A DNA stretch of 64,000 nt from Mizuhopecten yessoensis (GCF_002113885.1 NW_018408028.1:420618-484617); one strand, 5' to 3'; numbered from the stretch's first letter, positions 39,133 through 53,352 are shown. Program-made: numbers and translations. Notes: generated by a model not told the origin, from the sequence alone.

Positions 39133-41832
39133 TACTTCTTGGCTTGCTTAAATAAGAATCCTTAGACTTGTACCGTCAATATATGAAGTAAAAACTCTTG
39201 TATATCTTACATTGTGTGTATTTTCATACGTTCCCCTAACCCTAGAATGTAGAATCCTGCTGTTTGTGTTAATATTCACGTTTGTCCATGCGGTATAAGT
39301 TACGTTGGTAAATTACCTATAACGGGTTGATTAGATTTCTTGTTAAGTTTTATAAATTAGATTTAAAGCACTCATTTCGCTGTAACTCCTAATGACGTAC
39401 GCTGAAACATAGACCAGTAATGTTTGAGGCCTGAACACATTATGTAGGTGTACACTCAGTAAAACCAGGCTAACTACTGTTTGTTCTTTTATCAATAAAC
39501 TAGCTCGTCCCATTTAGAAGGGTATTACCTAGGTCTGGTGAAACAGCAAACAAGAACAGAAGAACAAATATCTATTGTTTTTAGAAACTTTTGTTTTAAC
39601 GTCGCAGTGCGTGGGGAACATTCTGAAAGTATTCTGAAATGAAGTTTTTCCCCCTATTCGAATATATCAACGTATACGTACATGTTGATAAAGGGCTGAA
39701 AGAATCTTCTTGGTTCATTATACATATATATATGTCTACCTAGCGTTAGTTATCATTTCGTTAAAAACGACGTCAAGCGTCTTATTGACCTGAATACAGT
39801 AACGTCATAAATCAATGTAAGCAATTTGATTTATTTTTTTATTACTGGTATATAGAGTGATCCTATTTTCCATACTGTAAACATAGACAATGGAAATGTG
39901 GAGCAAATATAAATATGAATATGATCCGAAACCATATGTTTTAATGAGAGAACATGAAATCAACACTCCAGGATGTAAATTTAATACATGATCGGTTATC
40001 AATTAAACATGAATATAACAATAAGGAGGAGAGACGCGTCACTACGTATCTGGTATAAATACACTGTATTTAACGATCTGATCAGCAGCGATGTGAAGCC
40101 TATTTAAACCTGATAACGTACAAACTACGGACTCCAGGATAACAAGTCACATGTGCGTGAATCCTAATTTAGTTTTCAGCGGAAATCGGGATCGAGTAAA
40201 TCTCTTATTTATTGTAAATAATAATCGAACGTGCGTGTTTATACGAGACAGTTTACTTTTCACATTCTCACGCAGACGAAAGCTGGAAAACGACGGCAGA
40301 AACGATAACAATTCATAAATAAAGTTCATTATAATCTAGATAAAACGAATCTTCATAAAGAGGGAGGAAAGTATACCATCACTATGATATAGTTTATATA
40401 ATGTAGAATACGTTTTGACTTCATTTTTCCAAGTTGCGTCATTAAAACTACAATGCATTTTTCTTACATTCCTGATAGTGAACATCGTTAATGATTTTAA
40501 TGCCTTACCGACGTGTCGATATCAACATTTGAACCACGTCACAATGAGAAAATATGCCAAACGTATTTGCTAAACAAACTTTGACTACCATACCGGCGAG
40601 CTACAAGCCTAATATCATGACTCTAGTCCTCATTATTCTGTAGAAGAAGTCGTTTGATTTTTTTTTAAGCTTTGTTGAAAGTAGGTAGTGTCATTTATTT
40701 TAACAGCAATGGTATTTGGAAATCTGTTGAACTTCCACGGTCATTATGTCAAAAAATATTTCCACGGGAGATGAGTGGAATACACAGTGAAATATTTCTC
40801 AAAACAATATTCTTTAGTATTTGATTATGAAAGGGGACGGGTCCACACAAGATTTCTTTAACGGGAAATGCTTATTGTTTATGCTTACGAGCTGCCATAA
40901 AATTTCTTCGAAAGTGGTGATGTTGTTTATAGTTAAATCCTGGTTTGACGCATGTCCATGTATCCCTACTAACAGCCACAGTCGCAATGCGCCCTCGTCC
41001 AAACAAGACGTTGTCGTTTAGACGCATTCCTGACGTGCGAGATCAAAGCGTTATGAAGAACAAGACTACTGTGTATCATAGAAATCAAAACAAACAAGCA
41101 GTGGTGAGCAATATTACAGTGGGGTAGAAACACAGTGCCAGTAATAATGGCCTTCCCGCTATATCTTATCTGCACTCAGCACACGCCTTGTTTAATTAAG
41201 CAGCGTCGTTCGCTAGGGGAGGTAACTCTACACTTTATGATCGCTCCACCAACTCTCTCTCTCTTGGTGGTGGTTTGGGGAGGATGTTGAGACGGGGAGG
41301 GGCATAGATATGGTAAACTCATTACAGCTGTATAACACTAGTGATAATATCAAACCTATGTAACTGATTACCAGACAATTCCGTCCTCTTCTGATTTTCG
41401 TTCTATTCACTCCAGATTTCTGAACCCAATGAATGATGGATAAAACAAAAACTTCAGCAAGTTGCAAAGTTGGCAGCGTTTTCTATACTGAAGATACTTA
41501 CTCCGTTTTTATTCAAGATTTCTTTCACCGAATTCAAGACCTGCATCTCTCAACACATTTCTTTTTTTTCAAGCTTATCGTGATCACAAAGTTTTCAATT
41601 TCAAATTCTATGTAAACTAGAACCCTGATACGTTTTATTCATATATATAACAGAGACATATCGATGACGACATTCTGTTTGTGAAGTTGAGGTATGTGTA
41701 TCCCCCTAGCTTCTATATCACTTTACTTTGTAGGTTCAAGCCAATGTGACTGAATGATTCCATTTTTACAGATGAGACTTAGTCCACTTAAAGATCGGCT
41801 GCAAACTGTTAAGGGAAACCGAAATAATATAC

Positions 41833-42722
41833 AACACAGCGCTAACACACAAGGACAAAATATACCACAGCGTCAACACACAACGACAAAATATACCACA
41901 GCGTCAACACACAAGGACAGGACAAAACATATCACAGCGTCAACACATAAGGACAACACATACCACAGCGTCAACACACAACGACAAAACATACCACAGC
42001 GTCAACACATAACGACAAAATATACCACAGCGTCAACACACAACGACAGGACAAAACATATCACAGCGTCAACACATAAGGACAACACATACCACAGCGT
42101 CAACACACAACGACTAAACATACCACAGCGTCAACACACAAGGACATGACAAAACATACCACAGCGTCAACACACAACGACAAAACATACCACAGCGTCA
42201 ACACACAAGGACATGACAAAACATACCACAGCGTCAACACACAAGGACAGAACAAAACTTACCACAGCGTCAACACACAAGGACAACACATACCACAGTG
42301 TCAACACACAACGACAAAATATACCACAGCGTCAACACACAACGACAAAATATAACACAGCGTCAACACACAACGACAAAATATAACACAGCGTCAACAC
42401 ACAACGACAAATCATACCACAGCGCCAACACACAACGACAAAATATACTACAGCGTCAACACACCACGACAAAATATACCACAGCGTTAACACACAACAA
42501 CAAAATATACCACAGCGTCAACACACAACGACAAAATATACCACAGCGTCAACACCCCACGACAAAATATACCACAGCGTCAACACACAACGACAAAACA
42601 TACCACAGCGTCAACACATAACGACAAAATATACCACAGCGTCAACACACAACGACAAAATATACCACAGCGTCAACACAAAACGACAAAACATACCACA
42701 TCGTCAACACACAACGACAAAA
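41833..42722. repeat. 31-bp (and 36-bp variant) minisatellite, ~28 copies
   Basis: Unit ATACCACAGCGTCAACACACAACGACAAAA(T/C). Confidence 0.97.
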
Positions 42723-42724
42723 TG

Positions 42725-42990
42725 AATGTGAACATCAGCAGTCGAAGAAACGCCGAAACCAAACAAAATAACAGGACCTCGGGAGAGACTAAAACAAAAC
42801 ACAATAACAGGAACTCGGGAGACACAAAAACAAAACAAAAGGCAACATCAGCAAACGAAAGGGCACCAATTCACACAGAAAGGCAACATCAGCAATCGAG
42901 GAGACACCAAAACAAAACAAAAGGCAACATCAGCAAACGAAGGGACATCAATTCATAAAGTAAGGCAACACTAGCAAGCAAAGAAACGAC
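42725..42990. repeat. Degenerate A-rich repeat
   Basis: Recurring AAGGCAACATCAGCAA and AAAACAAAAC motifs. Confidence 0.7.
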
Positions 42991-43639
42991 CAAAGACAAG
43001 AAAGATTGAGTACCGAAAAAGACATTTAAGTAATGAACCTTTGTTGGGGAAAAAAAGTTTCAATGTTTCCTTTAGTGTAAGTTTGATGATCCCTGTTCGT
43101 TCAGCCAGACGCTCATCCATCTCGTGTGGTGTTGACAACTGTATATTTTATCTATACGAGGTTTAGACAATTTTCCTACAACCACTTCCAGTCAGCAATC
43201 CTGATAAAATCTTCAAACTCTCTGAACTTCGACAGACAGCGTTCCCCCGACTCTTACTTTCAGTGCACAACTGTGTGGGAAGTTTAAGCTCTTATTTAAC
43301 AGAGATAAATGACTATCATGTTGTACTTCACTCAAGTAAATGTAATTTTTACCAAAGAAGCGTCACTCGAACGTTTCTTCTTACCGTACCAAAAGATACA
43401 GTATCTTGGTTTTGACGATAGCGGAAAATAATTTGTAAAGCTATAAATAACGAACGTGTTGAAAGCAGCATTACACCAACATGAATGAAACTGCCTATAT
43501 ACCGACAAGCACGAATGTTTCAAGTCGAATTAAAAGATTACTTCTCCTAATTAATTTTACACCAATAACGTTTGCATATCCCATTACTTAAAAATGTTAA
43601 TTTGACGAGCTATTTTGGTTAGTTACCCGGTAGATTAAA

Positions 43640-46600
43640 CGTTGTTAACAGTGAGCCGGTAACCATGTAAGGTACGAGTGCTGTTGTACACGTATGTCTC
43701 TGTACACTTAACATTGTTTACAGTGAGCTGGTAACCATGTAAGGTACGAGTGCTGTTGTACACGTATGTCTGTACACTTAACATTGTTAACAGTGAGCTG
43801 GTAACCATGTAAGGTACGAGTGCTGTTGTACACGTATGTCTCTGTACACTTAACATTGTTAACAGTGAGCTGGTAACCATGTAAGGTACGAGTGCTGTTG
43901 TACACGTATGTCTCTGTACACTTAACATTGTTAACAGTGAGCTGGTAACCATGTAAGGTACGAGTGCTGTTGTACACGTATGTCTCTGTACACTTAACAT
44001 TGTTAACAGTGAGCTGGTAACCATGTAAGGTACGAGTGCTGTTGTACACGTATGTCTCTGTACACTTAACATTGTTAACAGTGAGCTGGTAACCATGTAA
44101 GGTACGAGTGCTGTTGTACACGTATGTCTCTGTACACTTAACATTGTTAACAGTGAGCTGGTAACCATGTAAGGTACGAGTGCTGTTGTACACGTATGTC
44201 TCTGTACACTTAACATTGTTAACAGTGAGCTGGTAACCATGTAAGGTACGAGTGCTGTTGTACACGTATGTCTCTGTACACTTAACATTGTTAACAGTGA
44301 GCTGGTAACCATGTAAGGTACGAGTGCTGTTGTACACGTATGTCTCTGTACACTTAACATTGTTAACAGTGAGCTGGTAACCATGTAAGGTACGAGTGCT
44401 GTTGTACACGTATGTCTCTGTACACTTAACATTGTTAACAGTGAGCTGGTAACCATGTAAGGTACGAGTGCTGTTGTACACGTATGTCTCTGTACACTTA
44501 ACATTGTTAACAGTGAGCTGGTAACCATGTAAGGTACGAGTGCTGTTGTACACGTATGTCTCTGTACACTTAACATTGTTAACAGTGAGCTGGTAACCAT
44601 GTAAGGTACGAGTGCTGTTGTACACGTATGTCTCTGTACACTTAACATTGTTAACAGTGAGCTGGTAACCATGTAAGGTACGAGTGCTGTTGTACACGTA
44701 TGTCTCTGTACACTTAACATTGTTAACAGTGAGCTGGTAACCATGTAAGGTACGAGTGCTGTTGTACACGTATGTCTCTGTACACTTAACATTGTTAACA
44801 GTGAGCTGGTAACCATGTAAGGTACGAGTGCTGTTGTACACGTATGTCTCTGTACACTTAACATTGTTAACAGTGAGCTGGTAACCATGTAAGGTACGAG
44901 TGCTGTTGTACACGTATGTCTCTGTACACTTAACATTGTTAACAGTGAGCTGGTAACCATGTAAGGTACGAGTGCTGTTGTACACGTATGTCTCTGTACA
45001 CTTAACATTGTTAACAGTGAGCTGGTAACCATGTAAGGTACGAGTGCTGTTGTACACGTATGTCTCTGTACACTTAACATTGTTAACAGTGAGCTGGTAA
45101 CCATGTAAGGGACGAGTGCTGTTGTACACGTATGTTTTTGTACGCTTAATTTTGTTAACAGTGAGCTGGTAGCCATGTAAGGTACGAGTGCCGTTGTACA
45201 CGTATGTCCCTGTACACTTAACATTGTTAACAGTGAGCTAATAACCATGTTAGGTAAGAGTGCTGTTGTACACGTATGTCCCTGTACACTTAACATTGTT
45301 AACAGTGAGCTGGTAACCATGTAAGGTACGAGTGCTGTTGTACACGTATGTCTCTGTACACTTAACATTGTTAACAGTGAGCTGGTAACCATGTAAGGTA
45401 CGAGTGCTGTTGTACACGTATGTCTCTGTACACTTAACATTGTTAACAGTGAGCTGGTAACCATGTAAGGTACGAGTGCTGTTGTACACGTATGTCTCTG
45501 TACACTTAACATTGTTAACAGTGAGCTGGTAACCATGTAAGGTACGAGTGCTGTTGTACACGTATGTCTCTGTACACTTAACATTGTTAACAGTGAGCTG
45601 GTAACCATGTAAGGTACGAGTGCTGTTGTACACGTATGTCTCTGTACACTTAACATTGTTAACAGTGAGCTGGTAACCATGTAAGGTACGAGTGCTGTTG
45701 TACACGTATGTCTCTGTACACTTAACATTGTTAACAGTGAGCTGGTAACCATGTAAGGTACGAGTGCTGTTGTACACGTATGTCTCTGTACACTTAACAT
45801 TGTTAACAGTGAGCTGGTAACCATGTAAGGTACGAGTGCTGTTGTACACGTATGTCTCTGTACACTTAACATTGTTAACAGTGAGCTGGTAACCATGTAA
45901 GGTACGAGTGCTGTTGTACACGTATGTCTCTGTACACTTAACATTGTTAACAGTGAGCTGGTAACCATGTAAGGTACGAGTGCTGTTGTACACGTATGTC
46001 TCTGTACACTTAACATTGTTAACAGTGAGCCGGTAACCATGTAAGGTACGAGTGCTGTTGTACACGGATGTCTCTGTACACTTAACATTGTTAACATTGA
46101 GCCGGTAACCATGTAAGGTACGGGTGATGTTATACATGTATGTCTCTGTACACTTAACATTGTTAACAGTGAGCTAGTAACCAGGTAAGGTACGAGTGCT
46201 GTTGTACGCGTATATCTGTACACTTAACATTGTTAACCGTGAGCTAGTAAACATTGTTAACAGTGAGCTTGTAAACATTGTTAACAGTGAGCTTGTAAAC
46301 ATTGTTAACAGTGAGCTTGTAACCATGTAAGGTACGAGTGCCGTTGTACACGTATGTTTCTGTACGCTTAACTTTGTTAACAGTGAGCTGGTCACCATGT
46401 AAGGTACGAGTGCTGCAGTACACGTATGTCTCTGTACACCATGTAAGGGACGAGTGCTGTTGTACCCGTATGTTTCTGTACGCTTAACTTTCTTAACAGT
46501 GAGCTGGTAACCATGTAAGGTAAGAGTGCTGTTGTACACGTATGTCTGTACACTCAACGTTGTTAACAGTGAGCTGGAAACCATGTAAGGTACGAGTGCC

Positions 46601-48243
46601 GTTGTACACGTATGTTTCTGTACGCTTAACTTTGTTAACAGTGAGCTGGTCACCATGTAAGGTACGAGTGCTGGTGTACACGTATGTCCCTGTACTATTA
46701 ACATTGTTAACAGTGAGCTGTAAACCATGTAAGGTACGAGTGATGTTGTACACGTATGTCTCTGTGCACTTAACATTGTTAACAGTGATCTAGTAACCAT
46801 GTAAGGTACGAGGGCTGCTGTACACGTATGTCCCTGTACACAGTACGTTTCATGTTTTTTTAAAATCAAGGCTTCCTCACATTTTCAATCAATAGTCTAG
46901 GCTTGAAGTTCAAAATACAACACAACCACGTTAACATTGAGCCGGTAACCATGCAAGGTACGGGTGATGTTATACATGTATGTCTTGGTAACCATGTAAG
47001 GTACGGGCGATGTTATACATGTATGTCTCTATACACTTAACATTGTTAACAGCGAGCTGGTAACCATGTAAGGGACAAGTGCTGTTGTACACGTATGTTG
47101 CTGTACGCTTAACTTTGTTAGCAGTGAGCTGGTAACCATGTAAGTTCCGAGTGCTGTTGTACACGTATGTCTGTACACTCAACGTTGTTAACAGTGAGCT
47201 GGAAACCATGTAAGGTACGAGTGATGTTGTACACGTATGTCTCTGTGCACTTAACATTGTTAACAGTGCGCCGGTAACCATGTAAGGTACGAGGGCTGCT
47301 GTACACGTATGTCCCTGTACTATTAACATTGTTAACAGTGAGCCGGTATCCATGGAAGGTACGAGTGCTGCTGTACACGTATTTCTCTGTACACTTAACG
47401 TTGTTAACAGTGAGCTGGAAACCATGTAAGGTACGAGTGCCGTTGTACACGTATGTTTCTGTACGCTTAACTTTGTTAACAGTGAGCTGGTAACAATGTA
47501 AGGGACGAGTGCTGTTGCACACGTATGTTTCTGTACGCTTAACTTTCTTAACAGTGAGCTGGTAACCATTTAAGGTACGAGTGCTGCTGTACACGTAGGT
47601 CTCTGTTCACTTAACATTGTTAACAGTGCGCCGGTAACCATGTAAGGTACGGGTGCTGTTGTACACGTATGTCCCTGTACACAGTACGTTTCATGTATGT
47701 CTCTGTACACTTAACATGTTAACAGTGAGCTAGTAACCATGTAAGGTACTAACCATGTAAGGGACGATTGCTGTTGTACACGTATGTCTGTACACTCAAC
47801 GTTGTTAACAGTGAGCTGGTAACAATGTAAGGGACGACTGCTGTTGTACACGTATGTCTCTGTGCACTTAACATTGTTAACAGTGAGTTGGTAACCATGT
47901 AAGGTAAGAGTGCTGTTGTACACGTATGTCCCTGTACTATTAACATTGTTAACAGTGAGCCGATAACCATGTAAGGAACGGGTGCTGTTGGACACGTATG
48001 TCTCTGTACACTTCACATTGTTAACATTGAGCCGGTAACCATGTCAGGTACGGGTGATGTTATACATGTATGTCTTGGTAACCATGTAAGGTACGGGTGA
48101 TGTAACCATGTAAGGTACGAGTGCTGCTGTACACGTATGTCCCTGTACACAGTACGTTTCATGTTTTTTTAAGATCAAGGCTTCCTCACATTTTCGATCA
48201 ATAGTCTAGGTTTGAAGTTCAAAATACAACACAAACACGTTAC
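43640..48243. repeat. 72-bp minisatellite, ~60 units; homogeneous left part, rearranged right part with a duplicated unique flank
   Basis: Unit GTTAACAGTGAGCTGGTAACCATGTAAGGTACGAGTGCTGTTGTACACGTATGTCTCTGTACACTTAACATT; ~93-bp unique segment at 46840-46933 repeated at 48149-48242. Confidence 0.99.
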
Positions 48244-50524
48244 ATTTTTTACGATTCGAGAACACCTTGCATCAGCTTCTGTTCAAGTGTTCGCACTGTT
48301 CGTGGTGATGTGTTTGTAATTACGAACAGTCTTAATTTTCGGTAATGTGTGAGGTTGGCTACGTTTGAAGCATTTAGAAATAAAATGATGTTTCAGAAGT
48401 GTTTCGTTCTAGACAATTGAGTGTGCTGAGTGTGTATTGGAAACTTGCGCCAGTTCACTGTAAGTTGAATGCCTGCTATGTCTGTCTTTTCAGCAGTAAT
48501 ATACTAAATAACCACGTGGTCTGTCTAACTCTAAAACACATCGGGTGTTAACTGTATTTTGAGAGGTTGATTGGGAATGAGCAGCTCTGTATATCATTAC
48601 GCTATAGAAAGAAGTCCGTAAATTCATTGAACTTGTGTCTTTCCAATTCAAATGTTGACGTTAAAAGAAGCGATATAATTTTTATTTAACATTCCTCCGG
48701 ATTAGACTTTTTTCAAGCATGAATAGTTCAGGCTTTTTATTTGGACTAAAAGTAAATAAAAATCTCTGAAAGTTTGAAAACTTTCTACTCGTGTCGCTTG
48801 TTTTGACCAAAAACGACCCGAAAAAATACAAACGGCAGAAAAGTGACGATTAGGAATGTATCGTGTATATTTCCTAACACACAGATACATTTCGGAATCA
48901 TGACTAATGTGGGATGTGGATTATGTTTATCTTTTGGAATATACATATACATGTTTCAGAAAGAGAAACATGTGTTTTTCTAGATATAGATTTCATATAT
49001 CTGAACGTTGTGAGAAAAAATATCTGGAGTCTTCATAGAATTTGAAAATTAACCTTGGAGAGTTAGATAAACTCATAACTAACCATCCCTCGCTGGGGAA
49101 TCTCTATACATCACTTATTTAAGTATATTAGTAATCATTGAAAGACATAAAATCGCAAGCTTTCTGTCCCTGAGGACTTTAACAGAGAAACGGGGATAAA
49201 TATTTGCGCAAATATGTACACAGACAATTAATTGTGATAAGGTACGAGGATAACTGGCGTCTGTAAACAAGGTATAACGCACGCTGGTTCTATTCACAAG
49301 AAATTCGATTGCGATGGGGGAGTACAAATCGAATAGACCTATACACACTCGAACCTGTTAGCTCAATGTACAGTTATTAAATTTACCAGAAGTTGGCCAG
49401 TTAAGGTGTTTTTTTCAGGAATGTTGTCAAACAATATAATTGTTAGTAATAAGCTTTTTTAACTTCGGTTTGTACCAATAGTCAATCTAACTGCACAGTA
49501 AATACCAAGAATGGTGAATGTTTTCGTTCTTATATTGAAAGTGTCAAGATGTATATGCAATTATGACAGAAGCGTTGGAGCATAGTCAGATTGACCTAAT
49601 TTACCACGTAGATTTTTTAACATATTTCAAAATTGGAAATAAATCTGAAAGTATCGAAATCTAAAACGATACTATCAAAATACAACTGTGTAAGTAATGG
49701 CATGCTTGATCGATGCTGTATGAAACTATAGCCCTGTATATGTGTAACAAGATGACGTCTCGTTGAGCCGCTGACAAGTCTTAGTGAGCCTGTCTCTGAC
49801 ATCCTGTAGCTGTACCAGTAGCCGGACCACAACCGACTGTGTTAGCAAACTGATCAATATCCTTGGATAAATCAACTAAAACCATGTGTTTACCTGTACC
49901 TCAATTAGGGCCACGTGTTTACCTGTAGTTCCCTAGAGACCACGTGTTGACAGGTACGGAGTATTGATTGACATGTCATCGTGAAGCCTGCCAGTATAAC
50001 AATGGCCACTTATAAGCTAATATCTATTTTTCACGACGTTTGATTTTTAACTAGGTAGAGAATCCAGAGACGGATCGTTCGGGTGGAGTGGGGGTTGGCG
50101 ATCTGCTACTGCGCCTCAGAAGAACGACAGTAGGTCTGTTCTTTTGACAGAATATATATATACATGCCTCATAAGCAGTACCAAACAGGGTTTAAATTAG
50201 TCAATATACCAAGTTCACATTTAGGTGTCTCTAAGGATTAGAAAGGGAGGGGTTGTTATCAACAGATGGGGTAATATATATACACCCACCCCATAACAAG
50301 GACACATTCGGATATTAATAATGTATTTAATGACTACAGGGCCGCTTTCGTTTATCGCGATCAAAACATGCAGTTGAACAGGTAGGACCAAAGATATAAT
50401 GTCGGGCCTAATAAGCCGATGTTTTAGACCAGCCTTAACAAAGCCTTGCAAGGCCTGCAAATACCCAAATATGTAACATTCAAAACAGACGAATTGGTTG
50501 TTCCGCATAAATGAACAGGCACCA

Positions 50525-51360
50525 GGATACAGGGTTTACGGACTATCGTGGTACATGGTTAACTGACTATAAGATACAAGGTTTACGGACTATCGTGGTA
50601 CAGGGTTAGCGGTCTATTAGGGTACGGGTTTACAGACCATAGGATACAGGGTTAGCGGTCTATTAGGGTACAGGTTTACAGACTATAGGATACAGGGTTA
50701 GCGGTCTATTAGGGTATATGTTTACAGACTGTAGGATACAGGGTTAGCGGTCTATTAGGGTACAGGTTTACAGACTTTAGGATACAGGGTTAGCCGCCTA
50801 TTAAGGTACAGGTTTACAGCCTATAGGATACAGGGTTCGCGGTCTATTAAGGTACAGGTTTATGGACTATCGTGGTACAGGGTTAGCGGTCTATTAGGGT
50901 ATATGTTTACAGACTGTAGGATACATGGTTAGCGGTCTATTAGGGTAGAGGTTTACGGACTATAGGATACAGGGTTAGCGGTCTATTAGGGTACAGGTTT
51001 ACGGACTATCGTTGTACAGGGTTAGCGGTCTATTAAGGTACAGGTTTACGGACTATAGGATACAGGGTTAGCGGCCTATTAAGGTACAGGTTTACAGACT
51101 ATAGGATACAGGGTTAGCGGTCTATTAAGGTACAGGTTTACGGACTATCGTGGTACAGGGTTTGCGGTCTATTATTATTCTCTTTATTGCCTCCAAAGAT
51201 TACAAAGTAATGTGGAACATATATACATAGTATTTGGTACATATATACACGAATACATAATATGCATTACATAAATATACACTTTATATATAGGGATGTG
51301 TATATAAGGTGTAAAGGATACAGGGTTAGCGGTATGGTATGGTACATCTGTACGGACTTT
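50525..51360. repeat. 46-bp (2 x ~23-bp) minisatellite, interrupted at ~51170-51315
   Basis: Unit GGATACAGGGTTAGCGGTCTATTAGGGTACAGGTTTACAGACTATA; resumes at 51317. Confidence 0.95.
51170..51315 (-). mobile_element. 5'-truncated non-LTR retrotransposon 3' tail inserted in a minisatellite
   Basis: Minus strand: AT-rich UTR-like sequence ending AATAAAGAG(AAT)3; satellite on both sides. Confidence 0.55.
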
Positions 51361-51916
51361 CTAATAAGCAGGGTTCCATTGGTAATAGAAATAGATTAAC
51401 GATGGATGTAAAGGAGGAACCGTTTTGGCTGCTGTATAGAGATGAATGTTTGGACTGTTCTGATCGATATTTGTTAGCATGCTGAGGTAATACGGAGCCT
51501 AGGGTGTTCACTGACGGAGGCCGGGCTAATCGTTTACTATACCTGTGTGTGGTCGGGGCTGCTGCCACATATAGACACTATCGTGTTCATCTCTTTTATC
51601 ATCGACCATCTCATCTGATTTCGATCTTTTCTTAAAACCATTTGTCTTCTCTCTTACAACAAGGCCATGTGCATGCATACAGAGCGCCTGTGTAAGGTGC
51701 ATACTACATGTCTATCGTGGGTAGTGAAAAACATCCTTTATAGACTAATATATAGCCCCACGTACGTTGCATGGAGCATTTATCTGTGTGCTTGCAAGAC
51801 ATTTTGCTGTGCTAATCACCTAGAAAGGTTGTCTGTCGATCACCAACTGTATTGCAACAGAGGAGAAATCCAGTAAATGTGTGTGAATCAACGTGATCAG
51901 CTACATTGCTAACAGC

Positions 51917-52035
51917 TTGGTTTGGTTTAATTTTGTTTAACGTCCTATTAACGGCTAAGGTCATTTCAGGACGTGCCTCCATGTGTGTAGTGTATGCGTG
52001 CTTGCGTGTGTGTTTGCAGGAGACATGGTATGTAT
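51917..52035 (-). mobile_element. SINE 3' end fragment
   Basis: TTGGTTTGGTTTAATTTTGTTTAACGTCCTATTAACGGCTAAGGTCATTTCAGGACGTGCCTC matches 28735-28776. Confidence 0.8.
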
Positions 52036-52291
52036 TGCTCACAGCCGACATTGGAAAGTTTTGTAAGACCCTGATCTGATAGATGATCACTTATAGAAAT
52101 CTCGGGATGTCATCATCTGTTATTGATAGCATTTATACAATTTGCTCAGCGTTTAGTTATAACAACCACATTGTAACCTAGATAGTCATGTCACTTAGTG
52201 AGTAACACTGTTCTATATGTTTGTATTGACGCTTTCGAATTTTTCGTTAAACTTGTTGAGGAGAAGGCTATAATAACGCTGGTAAAGTTCG

Positions 52292-52750
52292 TGTTAGTGT
52301 GTGTCTGAGAGAGGGGGGTCCGGACCGGGGGAGTTAGTGTGTGTCTGAGAGAGGGGGTCCGGGCCGAGGGAGATAGTGTGTGTCTGAGAGAGGGGGGTCC
52401 GGACCGCGGGAGGGTTCCGGGGGAGTGTGTGTCTGAGAGAGGGGGTCCGGACCGGGGGAGTTAATGTGTGTGAGAGAGAGGGGGTACGGACCGGAGGAGT
52501 TAGTGTGTGTCTGAGAGAGGGGGGCCGGANNNNNNNNNNNNNNNNNNNNNNNNNNNNNNNNNNNNNNNNNNNNNNNNNNNNNNNNNNNNNNNNNNNNNNN
52601 NNNNNNNNNNNNNNNNNNNNNNNNNNNNNNNNNNNNNNNNNNNNNNGGGAGTTAGTGTGTGTGTGTGAGAGAGAGGGGGTCCGGACCGGGGGAGTTAGTG
52701 TGTGTGTGTGAGAGAGGGGGGTCCGGACCGGGGAGGGTTCCGGGGGAGTG
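52292..52750. repeat. G-rich ~39-bp minisatellite spanning an assembly gap (52530-52646)
   Basis: Unit GTTAGTGTGTGTCTGAGAGAGGGGGTCCGGACCGGGGGA on both sides of the N run. Confidence 0.95.
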
Positions 52751-53218
52751 GGAGTGTAGGGAGGCTCTTCAACATCAATACTTTAGATAAAATTATTTTT
52801 TTACAATCTTAAAGAAGAAATATCTTGCTCGTCTCAGCATTGAAAATGAAGTACAGATGTATAGGTCTGCATCAGACATACAGACTCAGCATCGATCACC
52901 TCGGCGATAAACACACGGCATCAATGATTTGGAGAAAAAATAGCAAATTATTACAGATTTTATTTAGATAACTCAGATGATAAAATAACATCAGGTCACA
53001 GAAAACAAAATCATGAAAAATGTTTTTACAGATATTCTCAAAATCCACTTCACAAATGACGTAATGAATAGTCATGTATCTGTGCACGTGATGTAATCAA
53101 TAACCGCGTACCTTAACCTCTGACGCCAGTCATCAATGGCTACCACACACTCGACGCTATTTCATACCTTGGGCTTTATCATTAACTAATTCTGCGCTAG
53201 ATCGATTCGGTGATATGA

Positions 53219-53352
53219 AATCAGAGTGTTATAATGAGGTAGTCACAATTATATAACCGATAAAGCAGAGTGTTATAATGAGGTAGTAACAATTATATAA
53301 CCGATAAATCAGAGTGTTATAATGAGGTAGTCACAATTATATAACCGATAAG
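53219..53352. repeat. 44-bp repeat, 3 copies
   Basis: AATCAGAGTGTTATAATGAGGTAGTCACAATTATATAACCGATA. Confidence 0.95.

Noticed and set aside
41496-41545. 39-bp minus-strand micro-exon (VLNSVKEILNKNG)
   Set aside because: The donor is acceptable but the acceptor lacks a pyrimidine tract
43635-48016. 862-, 497-, 295-aa and neighbouring ORFs
   Set aside because: 72-bp satellite; 2-bp indels switch frames freely and overlapping frames are equally open
50525-51172. Interstitial telomere (TTAGGG/GGGTTAG matches)
   Set aside because: Only isolated hexamers within a 46-bp unit; no (TTAGGG)n run
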